From assembly GCA_963990035.1 (NCBI GenBank), contig CAXDMJ010000004.1:879-64878 (forward strand): a stretch of 64,000 bases of DNA, read 5' to 3'. This DNA comes from an uncultured Candidatus Poseidoniales archaeon (GTDB lineage: Archaea > Thermoplasmatota > Poseidoniia > Poseidoniales > Thalassarchaeaceae). Below, one piece after another: positions 36,901 through 46,296 of the stretch; the stretch's first letter is position 1; every line of letters starts with the position of its first letter. Position numbers and translations under genes: made by a program. The notes under the pieces are model-generated. The model had not been told where the DNA came from and searched no databases. It saw only the letters and a program-made list of their open reading frames with translations.

Positions 36901-36956
36901 TGGCTCGGCGACTAGACAATCACGTATGAAGAAAACGGATGTTAACAATCAATGCT

Positions 36957-37568
36957 CTAGTTAGGAGATAAACGCCAAAATCCAACTTTTGTCTTATCTC
37001 TATGCCGTTTATGATGAGAGTATGTTGCAGGTAAAGCAAATTCTGCCTCCCCATATTTTTCCACATCCCAGCCTTTAGATTCAAAAAACGGACGTATGTG
37101 CGTAGCTTCAGAACTATGTAGTAAATGTGCTATTGAACCATTGTCTAAAATCATATTCAGAAAAGGTCGATCTGCTTTCTCTTTCTGGCGCCCCCAAGGA
37201 GGATTGCAAATTATTAGATCTACTTTATCGATAGATATACCTGAGCCGATGTGTTCATTTACTATTTGACTAGTTTCTTGAATACCATGAGTAATTAGAT
37301 TATTTTTCAAAACAGTGCATGCTTCAATATCAGTTTCTACAAAAATTACTTCCCTAGCGCCTAATTTTAATGCTGCTATACCCAATATCCCATTACCAGC
37401 ACCTAAGTCTCCAACTGAAGTATCACTATCTATATCTCCGAAAGAAGCAATGTCAAAAAGTAATCTGGATGCCAAGTCACCATCAGTAGAATATTGTTCT
37501 AAATCAACATCATTACAAGGATGAGGCTCTAAATTAGAGAGAATCATAGCAAGACGACGGATTCTCAT
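36957..37568 (-). CDS. SAM-dependent methyltransferase, METTL5/HemK-like (N6-adenine/RNA methylase type)
   Basis: Motif I DLGAGNGILGIAA and motif IV ICNPPWG. Its position next to csl4 matches the conserved archaeal neighbourhood. Confidence 0.7.
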   Translation of the reverse strand: MRIRRLAMILSNLEPHPCNDVDLEQYSTDGDLASRLLFDIASFGDIDSDTSVGDLGAGNGILGIAALKLGAREVIFVETDIEACTVLKNNLITHGIQETSQIVNEHIGSGISIDKVDLIICNPPWGRQKEKADRPFLNMILDNGSIAHLLHSSEATHIRPFFESKGWDVEKYGEAEFALPATYSHHKRHRDKTKVGFWRLSPN

Positions 37569-37603
37569 AACTCTTGGGAACCGAGTGTACGTTTCAATGA
37601 ATT

Positions 37604-38737
37604 CTAATTATTACTTGGGAAAGTCATATCTAAAATTGTATTTGAATCATGTAATATTCCATCAGCAAGAAGTAATTCAGCCAGAAGTACTCCGTAACCA
37701 GCCGCTCCTCGGATAGTATTATCTGAAACTACTTTAAATCTCAACTTTTTACCAGTTACTTCTATCTCTCCTACTGATACTGCCATAGCAGCACAGAGAT
37801 CTTGGTCTGGTTCCCTAGATTCTGAGCCAGCCCACCTGTGTTCGTCAACATCTAATTTACCATCAATAAAATTAATAATTTTAGTTGAAGATGGGAGTCT
37901 TAAATCATGTGAACTAGAGGAATAGTTTTGCCATATTTCAATTATTTCATGTGCACTGATCTCATCCTTAAAATCTATCTCAATTACTGCTAAATGCCCA
38001 TAATCACGATTTACACGTGAACATAAAACTTTGATATCAAGATTAGGCTCCTGGAATCCCCCCTCATTGTTTCTATCTAAAATCCTATTTAGTTCCCTAA
38101 TAATACTCTCCGATTCACCCGGAATTACTGATTTTATTGGCATACCCAAACGACCTTTTGAAAGCATGCCTCGACCACCACCAGAAAGAGACTGTTCAGT
38201 CACTATGTTAACTGATGAAAAATCGAAATTATCCATTAGTGGAGATAATGTTAGAGCTATCGGAACTACCATGCAATTACTACATGAAATTAAAAAGCCA
38301 TCTCCAAGTTCTTGAGAGTTCAAGAGAGTTAGATCATTTGGGTTGACATCAGGGATAACTAGCGGAATATCATCATCCATTCTATTAATTAATGCGTGAC
38401 TAATTACAACAAATCCTTCTCTAACTAACTCTTTTTCAACTCTAAGAGCAATTTCATCAGGGATTGCTGAAAATATAATTTGAACATTTTCATTTTTTAG
38501 TTCATTTATTAGTTGGTCTAAATCATCAAGTCCCTTCACGGTAATATCAGGTAATTCAGGCTTATCTTCATCTAGAGACCACGGTAATTCACTAATTTTC
38601 AAACCAACTGTAGAAGCAGATCCAATTACAGATACTGGAACTAACCAATTATGATTAATCATTCTTTGAAGATAACGCTGTGCTACAAGACCTCTTGAAC
38701 CAAGGATCGCACAATTCATCCTCCCCAGTTCTGACAT
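37604..38737 (-). CDS. asd: Aspartate-semialdehyde dehydrogenase (archaeal type)
   Basis: N-terminal ILGSRGLVAQRY (Rossmann). Active-site Cys context ISCSNCMVVPIALTLSPL, SLSGGG, and GAAGYGVLLAELL near the C-terminus. Confidence 0.65.
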   Translation of the reverse strand: MSELGRMNCAILGSRGLVAQRYLQRMINHNWLVPVSVIGSASTVGLKISELPWSLDEDKPELPDITVKGLDDLDQLINELKNENVQIIFSAIPDEIALRVEKELVREGFVVISHALINRMDDDIPLVIPDVNPNDLTLLNSQELGDGFLISCSNCMVVPIALTLSPLMDNFDFSSVNIVTEQSLSGGGRGMLSKGRLGMPIKSVIPGESESIIRELNRILDRNNEGGFQEPNLDIKVLCSRVNRDYGHLAVIEIDFKDEISAHEIIEIWQNYSSSSHDLRLPSSTKIINFIDGKLDVDEHRWAGSESREPDQDLCAAMAVSVGEIEVTGKKLRFKVVSDNTIRGAAGYGVLLAELLLADGILHDSNTILDMTFPSNN

Positions 38738-38841
38738 AGTAGTCGCATGAATACAAAGTACCTAAGACCAACTGTTTATTGATTAATAAAAAAGTACAAA
38801 ATTACAACTAGTTCAAATACTGTCAATTCCTATCTTTAATT

Positions 38842-40047
38842 ATGGACATCACCGGACTAGTGTATGTAGCAATAGGTCTGGCATTAGGAGGAGCCCTGGG
38901 TTGGTTACTTGCTAAGCAAAAATTGAGTGGGCAAATTATACGTTCAGAAGAAAGACTATCAGCATCTATAGCTGGAAAAAATACCATGAAAGCTGAATTT
39001 CAGTCGATGGCTCTAGAAGTCGCAAAGGATAGCAATGCAGCATTTCTTGACTTAGCTGAACAACGCCTTGGTAAAGTACAAGCTGAAACAGAAAAAGATA
39101 TTCTAGCTAGAAAGAAGGAAGTGAATGATCTAGTCGCACCTCTTAAGGAGCAATTAGAGAAATTATCAAAGTCAAATTCAGATCTAGAGAAAGTAAGAAT
39201 AGGAGCATATGAAGGAATTAAAAGGCACTTAGATAGTCTTGATGAAAATACACGCTCACTAGGACTTAGAGCTGATAATTTGACAGAAGCACTTACCGGT
39301 TCCGCACAGTCTAGAGGGAATTGGGGTGAAGTAAAACTACGCAGATTATTAGAAATTGCTGGTATGACAGAACATGTAGACTTCTTTGAACAAGAAACCG
39401 TAGATGGTGGCAGACCAGATTTCGTAATTCGTTTACCAAATTCAGGAGCAATCCCTGTGGATTCTAAGGCAATAGGGAAGAAGTTTTTTGAAGCTATACA
39501 AAACTCATCAGAAGAAGAAAAATCTGATCTAATTTTAGCTCATGCAGCAGGAATGAGAGAAACTGCAAAGAAATTAGCGTCTAAATCATACCAAGAAAAG
39601 TTAGAAGGAGACATTGATTATGTAGTTATGTGGGTGCCGAGTGAGGCACTATTAGCAGCAGCTTTCGCAGCAGATCCTGAATTACATGAATATGCACTAT
39701 CCAATTCAGTACTAATTGCGACTCCAGTAACGATGCTAGCATTATTAAGAACTGTAGCAATTTATTGGCAACAACAAGCATTAGCAGATGGTGCCAAAGA
39801 AATATATGATGTAAGTAAAGAAATGTATAAAAGAACTGAAGTATTTATGAATCATGTTATGAAAATTGGTAGTAATTTAGATAAAGCAGGCAAGGCATAT
39901 AATGCAGCAATGTCCTCATATGAAACGAGGATTTTACCGCAAGGGAGGAAATTAGAAAATTTACAAGTCAGTGACACACTTCTGAGTTCTCTACCAGAAC
40001 CTCAAGAACTGGCAAATATTTCTGATTATGATTCTGAAAACTATTAA
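38842..40047 (+). CDS. rmuC: DNA recombination protein RmuC
   Basis: N-terminal TM segment, long coiled-coil, nuclease-like core GGRPDFVIRLPNSGAIPVDSKA, and MWVPSEA. Confidence 0.75.
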   Translation: MDITGLVYVAIGLALGGALGWLLAKQKLSGQIIRSEERLSASIAGKNTMKAEFQSMALEVAKDSNAAFLDLAEQRLGKVQAETEKDILARKKEVNDLVAPLKEQLEKLSKSNSDLEKVRIGAYEGIKRHLDSLDENTRSLGLRADNLTEALTGSAQSRGNWGEVKLRRLLEIAGMTEHVDFFEQETVDGGRPDFVIRLPNSGAIPVDSKAIGKKFFEAIQNSSEEEKSDLILAHAAGMRETAKKLASKSYQEKLEGDIDYVVMWVPSEALLAAAFAADPELHEYALSNSVLIATPVTMLALLRTVAIYWQQQALADGAKEIYDVSKEMYKRTEVFMNHVMKIGSNLDKAGKAYNAAMSSYETRILPQGRKLENLQVSDTLLSSLPEPQELANISDYDSENY

Positions 40048-40653
40048 TTGTTAAGCCTTACAAGCAAGTATATGATGAATTGGCAGACTGGGAGGTACCA
40101 TCCGGTAGTGAATCTTCCAAAAGAATATGAAGTTAGAGATTTTACCAAGGGAGTATATATCCCTTCAGAATTTGAATATGATATTGGAAGATACGATGAA
40201 CTAAGACCTGGAATGTATAATACTGATCTGTTTACTGATAGTAGATTCTTACATATTGGAATAGACATAGGAGCACCAGTTGGAACACCTTGTATGGCAT
40301 TTGATGACGGAGAAATCTCACATTTTGGCTATAATCCTGCAGATGGAGATTATGGAAATGTTGTAATTACAAAACATTTGGTTGGAGATGAGCCTATATG
40401 GGCATTATATGGTCACTTAAGTGCAGAATCAATTGTGAATAAAAAAGTAGGTCAAAAAATATCTCGAGGAGAAATAATCTGTTGGATGGGTAATGAAAAG
40501 GAGAATGGAGGTTGGGAACCACATTTACACTTCCAGCTTTCTATAATTGAGCCTCAAACTCATGATATGCCTGGAGTAGTAAATCCAAAAGATAGAGATC
40601 AAGCATTACTAAACTATCCCGACCCAAGACTAGTTCTAGGGCCAATTTACTGA
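40048..40653 (+). CDS. M23 (LytM)-type metallopeptidase-domain protein, no signal peptide
   Basis: Zinc-ligand motifs LHIGIDIGAPVGTP (HxxxD) and PHLHFQL (HxH), plus YGHLS. The track start is a TTG directly after the rmuC stop; an alternative ATG lies at 40072. Confidence 0.6.
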   Translation: MLSLTSKYMMNWQTGRYHPVVNLPKEYEVRDFTKGVYIPSEFEYDIGRYDELRPGMYNTDLFTDSRFLHIGIDIGAPVGTPCMAFDDGEISHFGYNPADGDYGNVVITKHLVGDEPIWALYGHLSAESIVNKKVGQKISRGEIICWMGNEKENGGWEPHLHFQLSIIEPQTHDMPGVVNPKDRDQALLNYPDPRLVLGPIY

Positions 40654-41690
40654 ATCGTAGAAAGATAATTCTTCAGTGAATCAATAGAGCCCATTTCAGA
40701 AGGGTCTACTCCTTGTAATAATGCCAATGCAATACTTATCCAATCTGAAATATTAGATGCATAAAGTAATCTTTCAAGTAAACTTTCACCCTCACAATCA
40801 ATTATCCAAGAGTGATCATTTTCAATGTTTTCTAACATCCAATTCATCCTAGAACGAATCCTTGGATGAATATCATTACATGAAAAATAAATTAGAGAAT
40901 GTTTGTTGCTATTAGCTGTTGCCCAAGCAACTATTTCATTATGATTCATTTCAGGTAATTCGGTAGGACGAGCGAATATATCTGAGTTTTCATTTAATTG
41001 GTTGGCAAAACGGCGACCTGCTGAACTAAGAATAGTGGGTGTAATAATACCAATCTGTTTACCTAACATAGATTCTGCCACAGAAATAACTAGTCCATTC
41101 CCACCACATACGTCAGAATCAATCGATACAGACTTTAAGCGCATAATCATAGAAGATAACTCTTCAACACTAGGTTTTTTTAAGATTCCGAGAGCCCAGG
41201 ATATTGCTAATTGAGTTCCAAATAAATGACCAAAGGCTGAGCGAGGCATTTGACCACCTGGAATTTTTAAATGAAGACATTCGGAATTTTCTGAAAGTAT
41301 TTCTTCTAATTCACCACCTGATGAAATACCAATTACTGTACCTCCTGATTCTAAAGCCTCATTCACCCCATCAAGAGTCTCTTCAGTATTTCCTGAATAA
41401 GAAGTTGCAAGTATTAGCCAATCAGGACCCCACCATGAAGGTAAACCATAATCTCGCCAAACTACGAATGGAATGCCTCCTGAATGATCTGCAAGTGTAG
41501 AGAGATACATTCCTCCTGCACCAGAACCCCCCATCCCTAAACAAACGATTCCAGTCCAATCAACATCTTTTGGGATATCTAATTCTACATTTACTGCTTT
41601 TTCAAAATCATCAATAAAACGACGAGTATAGCCCGCCATGTCACGAGAATCAAATTTCTCGAGAAGAGATTCCATATCTTCAGATCTCAT
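40647..41690 (-). CDS. Bifunctional phosphoglucose/phosphomannose isomerase (SIS domain)
   Basis: GMGGSGAGG and SYSGNTEET. I prefer the ATG at 41690, which overlaps the NMD3 stop as ATGA. The track ORF extends to 41729. Confidence 0.7.
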   Translation of the reverse strand: MRSEDMESLLEKFDSRDMAGYTRRFIDDFEKAVNVELDIPKDVDWTGIVCLGMGGSGAGGMYLSTLADHSGGIPFVVWRDYGLPSWWGPDWLILATSYSGNTEETLDGVNEALESGGTVIGISSGGELEEILSENSECLHLKIPGGQMPRSAFGHLFGTQLAISWALGILKKPSVEELSSMIMRLKSVSIDSDVCGGNGLVISVAESMLGKQIGIITPTILSSAGRRFANQLNENSDIFARPTELPEMNHNEIVAWATANSNKHSLIYFSCNDIHPRIRSRMNWMLENIENDHSWIIDCEGESLLERLLYASNISDWISIALALLQGVDPSEMGSIDSLKNYLSTIQ

Positions 41691-42769
41691 ACTTCCATCT
41701 CCTGAGTGAAACCCGGTAATGCCATCCATCTATCATCTATGAAAGCTATTCGTAACTTCGTTGACTTAATATTATCGTCGTAGGGTAAAGCAACTGTCGC
41801 CATAGTGTAATCATGAGGAGTCATCACTTCAGCAGCAGAACTATCTCGATTCATAATGTCTACAATATGTTGTTCAGATAAAGGACAAATTATTCTAGCT
41901 TTTTCCATATCTCTCCAAGATGCACCTGAACGTTGGAAAAATTTCATACGACGTATGATAGGGCCATCTTTCTGCCATGAATCAATAAGCCATAAATGAT
42001 TATTCAGCTTAACAACATCTCCAACGGCATATGCAGGTTTACGATAACTTACTGTAAGTCTTGTGATTTCAATTCCGTCTCTCATCCCTACAACTGTAGA
42101 TGTTTCTTTAATCGTTCCGCCGAATGTTTTAGTTAAAATTCGTCCCCAGGATCTAGCCATTGATTTAGAACCAAGTTGAAGATCCCAGCCTCCAGTAACA
42201 ATTCCTTCCTGAGTTATGAAAAACATTGGATCTGCTTCCATACCTCCAAGCATTTCATCAAGAGTCCCCCGTAATTCTCTAAGCTCACTTTCAGATAATT
42301 TACGGCCTGCTGAACGAAGTTGGACAATTGCCTCGAAATAAGCTCCATCTTTTCTTGTACAAGGAGTACAAATCGCATTACTAGTTTGTATTAAAATCTC
42401 AAAGCTATTAGCGAAAAGGAAATTATCTATATTCCCTGATACATCTAAATGCACCCTATTTGTCCTATCATCTATCACTTGGAGTTCAAATTCAACATTG
42501 ACATCCTCTGCTCTCGCATCAACTTCAAGATTGTCTTTAATTCGTAAGTCAGCTAATGGTTCATGGTCCATCTTAGACCAACGGCCACGAATTTCGAAGG
42601 ATTCGCATTTTGGACAACGAAATTGTTGAATTGTTTTTGGAATTTTAGATAATGTGACGCGTTTACGAAAACAGACTTCACAAAGTCGATTTGATGAAAG
42701 TATTGTAGTATCTCCACAAACAATACAAAATGCTTCGTTAGACATAACTCTCATCCTTCGCGGAAGCAC
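41687..42769 (-). CDS. NMD3-family protein (archaeal homologue of the 60S export/biogenesis adaptor)
   Basis: N-terminal Cys clusters CIVCG...CEVCF...CPKCESF...GRW, followed by an NMD3-like body. 360 aa. Confidence 0.65.
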   Translation of the reverse strand: MLPRRMRVMSNEAFCIVCGDTTILSSNRLCEVCFRKRVTLSKIPKTIQQFRCPKCESFEIRGRWSKMDHEPLADLRIKDNLEVDARAEDVNVEFELQVIDDRTNRVHLDVSGNIDNFLFANSFEILIQTSNAICTPCTRKDGAYFEAIVQLRSAGRKLSESELRELRGTLDEMLGGMEADPMFFITQEGIVTGGWDLQLGSKSMARSWGRILTKTFGGTIKETSTVVGMRDGIEITRLTVSYRKPAYAVGDVVKLNNHLWLIDSWQKDGPIIRRMKFFQRSGASWRDMEKARIICPLSEQHIVDIMNRDSSAAEVMTPHDYTMATVALPYDDNIKSTKLRIAFIDDRWMALPGFTQEMEV

Positions 42770-42800
42770 CCTGCATTAGAATCATTCGTGAGTGTTTAAA

Positions 42801-42956
42801 CTAATCTTCTTTAGAAATAGTACTCTTTATTTTTAATTCGGCTTCTTTAATTCTAACTTTAATATCATTTAATTTCCGTCCTAAAAAAATAATATAATAA
42901 GACAATATAGCACCTAAAATTGAATAAGTTACTAGGTATGAAGTGAAGCCATTCAA
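42801..42956 (-). CDS. Candidate CcmD-like small membrane protein
   Basis: Below the track cutoff. A TTG start overlaps the ccmC stop (CATTGAATGG). Translation: (L/M)NGFTSYLVTYSILGAILSYYIIFLGRKLNDIKVRIKEAELKIKSTISKED*. One TM segment then a charged helix, matching CcmD architecture and position. No sequence-level proof. Confidence 0.35.
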   Translation of the reverse strand: MNGFTSYLVTYSILGAILSYYIIFLGRKLNDIKVRIKEAELKIKSTISKED

Positions 42957-43738
42957 TGTACCACTTCCTTATCAATAGATATAAGTAAATTATTTAATTT
43001 ATTTTCAAGTTTATACGATAAGAAGGTAAGAATCGAAAGCCCAATCATTAGTATCCAAAATGAAAATATACCAAGGATTAGAACTTGTAACATCTTTGGA
43101 TCTAAACCTGTTTCATCCGATTGAGCGATAATAACTGATGGATGTCTCTTTTGATAAACTGTAGTGGCAATCGCAGTGATTGGGACTAATGCAAAACCAA
43201 ATAAACCAATTGTAGAAAGTGTATCTCTAGTATCCATACCATCTGGTTGAGATCTTCGAGAAAGTACAATGAAAAGTGCTACAGCAGTAAGTAATCCGAA
43301 TGTATTCAGCCTTAAATCACCCCAATCCCAAGGGACACCCCATTCAGCAGAACCCCATATAGGTCCTGAGATTATAACACCAAGGCCAAAAAGTAAACCT
43401 AAATCTGAACCAGTGCAAAATAAATTCCAGCCCCATTCTTTTCTTCGTAAAAACCAACTAATAGCTCCGATAAATAATAAACAAAATGCAAGGAAAGAAG
43501 TCCAGGCAAAAGGAACATGCCAGAATAAAATACGGTATGCTTCAGGTGATCTAAATGGGGGTGATTGAACCAAAGGAGCGTAGGTATAACCCAATACTGC
43601 GGTCAATAAAACACCCGCTGCACCTATACAAGTTAGGACCCAACCAGTATATCTCATTGAGACCACAAACCTGCGAAAGCATACTCTATGATGAATGCTC
43701 GTTTTCAGGAATCCGGAAGATATACCGATATTGCCCAA
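42953..43738 (-). CDS. ccmC: Heme exporter / heme lyase component CcmC
   Basis: WWD-type motif WGSAEWGVPWDWGDLRLNT. Conserved His contexts FWHVPFAW and YQKRHPS. About 6 TM segments. The start may be the downstream ATG at 43657 (MRYTGW..). Confidence 0.75.
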   Translation of the reverse strand: MGNIGISSGFLKTSIHHRVCFRRFVVSMRYTGWVLTCIGAAGVLLTAVLGYTYAPLVQSPPFRSPEAYRILFWHVPFAWTSFLAFCLLFIGAISWFLRRKEWGWNLFCTGSDLGLLFGLGVIISGPIWGSAEWGVPWDWGDLRLNTFGLLTAVALFIVLSRRSQPDGMDTRDTLSTIGLFGFALVPITAIATTVYQKRHPSVIIAQSDETGLDPKMLQVLILGIFSFWILMIGLSILTFLSYKLENKLNNLLISIDKEVVH

Positions 43739-45141
43739 ACTAGAATACTCACAGCAAATGACAAAAATACCATAAATAAAGGCTCATCTATTGAAAATCC
43801 GAAACTCATTCCATTAACAAACACCATAACTAAAGCATCAACTAATTCAAGAAATGGCCATACTAAAATCAATAATAATAAAGAGACTATTGAGGCACCT
43901 GATCTTCTTAAATCAGAAACTAGTAAATGCAATGCAGATGAAGCGATAGCTACACCCAACATAACTAAACTAGCAAGAAATAAGATTTGTAATACTTCAG
44001 AATTATTTACAGTATCTATATTATCACTAAGAACTAACCAAGAAATAAAAATTAAAGGTAAAGGAAGTATGATTGATGAGCCTATTATAGATGATACAGG
44101 ACGAAATTTAGGTCCGATTACTGCTGCCCACCATCTACCACAATCTTCTTCAGCATACCTCGAAATTAAGGCAGGAGGAATCACTACAGAGATAAATGAA
44201 GGTAATAGTATCATTGCTGCTAAAAAATCAAGTCCAGCAACTAATATTTCATCTTCAGAAATTAAAGTATGAATCATTAATAGTGCGAAAATTGCAGGGA
44301 TAAATCGATTTATTGTATCAATTGGATTTCTTTTTTCCATTTTATATGCCCAATTGAATAAACTTGAAACCTTACTTATTTTAGCTTCGTTAACAGGTGG
44401 AATTAATTCAAAATCAGATTGAGATTGGACTTGTAACTCTTCTGAAAAATTATTCATTTTATCAAATCTAATGACTCGATCTGCGGCTAATATTATTCTC
44501 GGGTCATGTGTAGCCAACATAATCCCATGACCTTTAGATGCAAGCGCCCTCAACCAATTAACAAGTAATAATCGTGCGGAATCATCCAATCCTTCTGATG
44601 GCTCATCGAGTAATACTGTACGGGGAGTATGAGACATCACTGCTGGAGCAAGCCCGGATAGAACTGCAAGACGTCTAGCAAGACCACCTGAAAGTTGAGA
44701 AATCCTATCCGAATTACGATGATCAAGACCCCACGTATCAAGTAATTTTGAAACCTGAATTTGATTAACATCACAACCAGAAACGGCTAGAGCAGTGTTT
44801 ATTCTCTCACCAACTGTCTCTTCACCTGACATTCCATTTTTTTGCAAGGTTAATCCCATAGGAGGAAGAGAATGTCTACGACCCTCTGAATCACGAATTA
44901 TTTTCATTTCTGACGCACCAAATCTCCAAGAAATACTACCTGAAGATATAGTATGCATTCCTGCACTCGATTCAAGTAGAGTCGTCTTACCACAACCATT
45001 AGGCCCAACTAATGCTACAACTTCTCCTTCTGATAAATGGAAGTCCATGTCAGATATAACAAGTCGGTTACCTCTATGGATGTCTAAGCCAGATATCTGG
45101 ATTAATGGCTGTGCATCCACATACATCCGAGTACGGTTCAT
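43705..45141 (-). CDS. Fused CcmA (ABC ATPase) and CcmB-like (membrane) heme exporter protein
   Basis: The N-terminal ~230 aa carry GPNGCGKTT, LSGGLARRLAV and LLDEPSEGLD. The C-terminal ~230 aa have about 6 TM segments. Located immediately upstream of ccmC. Confidence 0.6.
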   Translation of the reverse strand: MNRTRMYVDAQPLIQISGLDIHRGNRLVISDMDFHLSEGEVVALVGPNGCGKTTLLESSAGMHTISSGSISWRFGASEMKIIRDSEGRRHSLPPMGLTLQKNGMSGEETVGERINTALAVSGCDVNQIQVSKLLDTWGLDHRNSDRISQLSGGLARRLAVLSGLAPAVMSHTPRTVLLDEPSEGLDDSARLLLVNWLRALASKGHGIMLATHDPRIILAADRVIRFDKMNNFSEELQVQSQSDFELIPPVNEAKISKVSSLFNWAYKMEKRNPIDTINRFIPAIFALLMIHTLISEDEILVAGLDFLAAMILLPSFISVVIPPALISRYAEEDCGRWWAAVIGPKFRPVSSIIGSSIILPLPLIFISWLVLSDNIDTVNNSEVLQILFLASLVMLGVAIASSALHLLVSDLRRSGASIVSLLLLILVWPFLELVDALVMVFVNGMSFGFSIDEPLFMVFLSFAVSILVWAISVYLPDS

Positions 45142-45203
45142 CGTTTGAGTCGTTCGTCAGGGTATAGAAGGCGCTATTGCTATAATACGTCCGGATATGA
45201 TTT

Positions 45204-46244
45204 GTGTCCGTCACCTCCGACAATGATTTTTTCTGGTCGGAATTAGAAAATAGTGATTTGATATTTTTATCTATTTACATCATTGTAGCTTTGATACCTT
45301 TCATAAATTCATATAGACAAAAAACTAGTGTAGCTCTAGCAATGATTCTATCATTACTACTTGTAATGTTTGTTCGATTTAGTACTGATTTAGCAAATCT
45401 AGGATTTAACGAGATAGAGTTTTTTGCAATGATCCCAGTTATCTCTGACGAACCAGATCAAATATATCGATTTGTAACTGCAGCTTGGTTGCATGCAGAT
45501 TGGTTACACGTATTATCAAACATTTTAGTCATAGGATTAGTAGGTGTACCACTAGAACAAAGGTTAGGGAGTAAGAGATGGTTGTTAGTTTATTCACTAG
45601 GATTTTTTGGAGGAAATATTGCTTGGGTCATGACCCATCCAGAGTCATATAATCCTGCAATAGGGGCGAGTGGAGCAGCATTTGGATTACTTGGTGCATA
45701 TATGGCATGTTGGCCAAATGATGAGGTGGAGTTTCCATTATTATTCTTGATTAGGGCGTGGCCAATATGGATAATTGTATTTGTAAGATTAGGTTTAGAA
45801 GTTTATCAAATTTATTCAATTCAGGAAGGTACCTCTGGAGACACCAATATTGCACATATGGCACATATTGGAGGATTCATTCTAGCTTACCTATTAGCAA
45901 GAATTATCGCTAGAGGAGCACCCAGTTCATTGGAAGCAGAGGACTCAGGACCAACCGCTGCATCTCATAATGACTCAGTTAGAATAATTGCTAAGAAAAA
46001 CATGGGAGATTTAACTAATGACCCATGGGAATTAGCTAACAAACCACTCAAAGGAAATGCAGCTAGAATACTTACTCAACTTAAGTTACAAGGTGATGAA
46101 TTAGAAACAAGACAAGCATGGTTAGAAGAATTATCCGAACATACAATCTGTCCAATATGCAGTGGAGAAATAGAATTAAATGAAAATGAGAGTGTGTATC
46201 GACTTGTATGCACAATTAATGGTGAACACTTATTTTGGCCTTAA
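45204..46244 (+). CDS. Rhomboid-family intramembrane serine protease with a C-terminal Cys-containing cytosolic extension
   Basis: WLHADWLHVLSNILV (H-x4-H-x3-N), catalytic GASGAAFGLLGA, and His in AHMAHIGGF. C-terminal ..ICPICSGEIELNE.. Confidence 0.8.
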   Translation: MSVTSDNDFFWSELENSDLIFLSIYIIVALIPFINSYRQKTSVALAMILSLLLVMFVRFSTDLANLGFNEIEFFAMIPVISDEPDQIYRFVTAAWLHADWLHVLSNILVIGLVGVPLEQRLGSKRWLLVYSLGFFGGNIAWVMTHPESYNPAIGASGAAFGLLGAYMACWPNDEVEFPLLFLIRAWPIWIIVFVRLGLEVYQIYSIQEGTSGDTNIAHMAHIGGFILAYLLARIIARGAPSSLEAEDSGPTAASHNDSVRIIAKKNMGDLTNDPWELANKPLKGNAARILTQLKLQGDELETRQAWLEELSEHTICPICSGEIELNENESVYRLVCTINGEHLFWP

Positions 46245-46296
46245 TTCAACTATTATTGAATTGACTATCGGTTCAGATTATACCTCTACTTACACT

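Noticed and set aside
43688-44272. 194-aa plus-strand ORF
   Set aside because: It is antisense to the ccmAB fusion gene and has low-complexity composition with no motifs.
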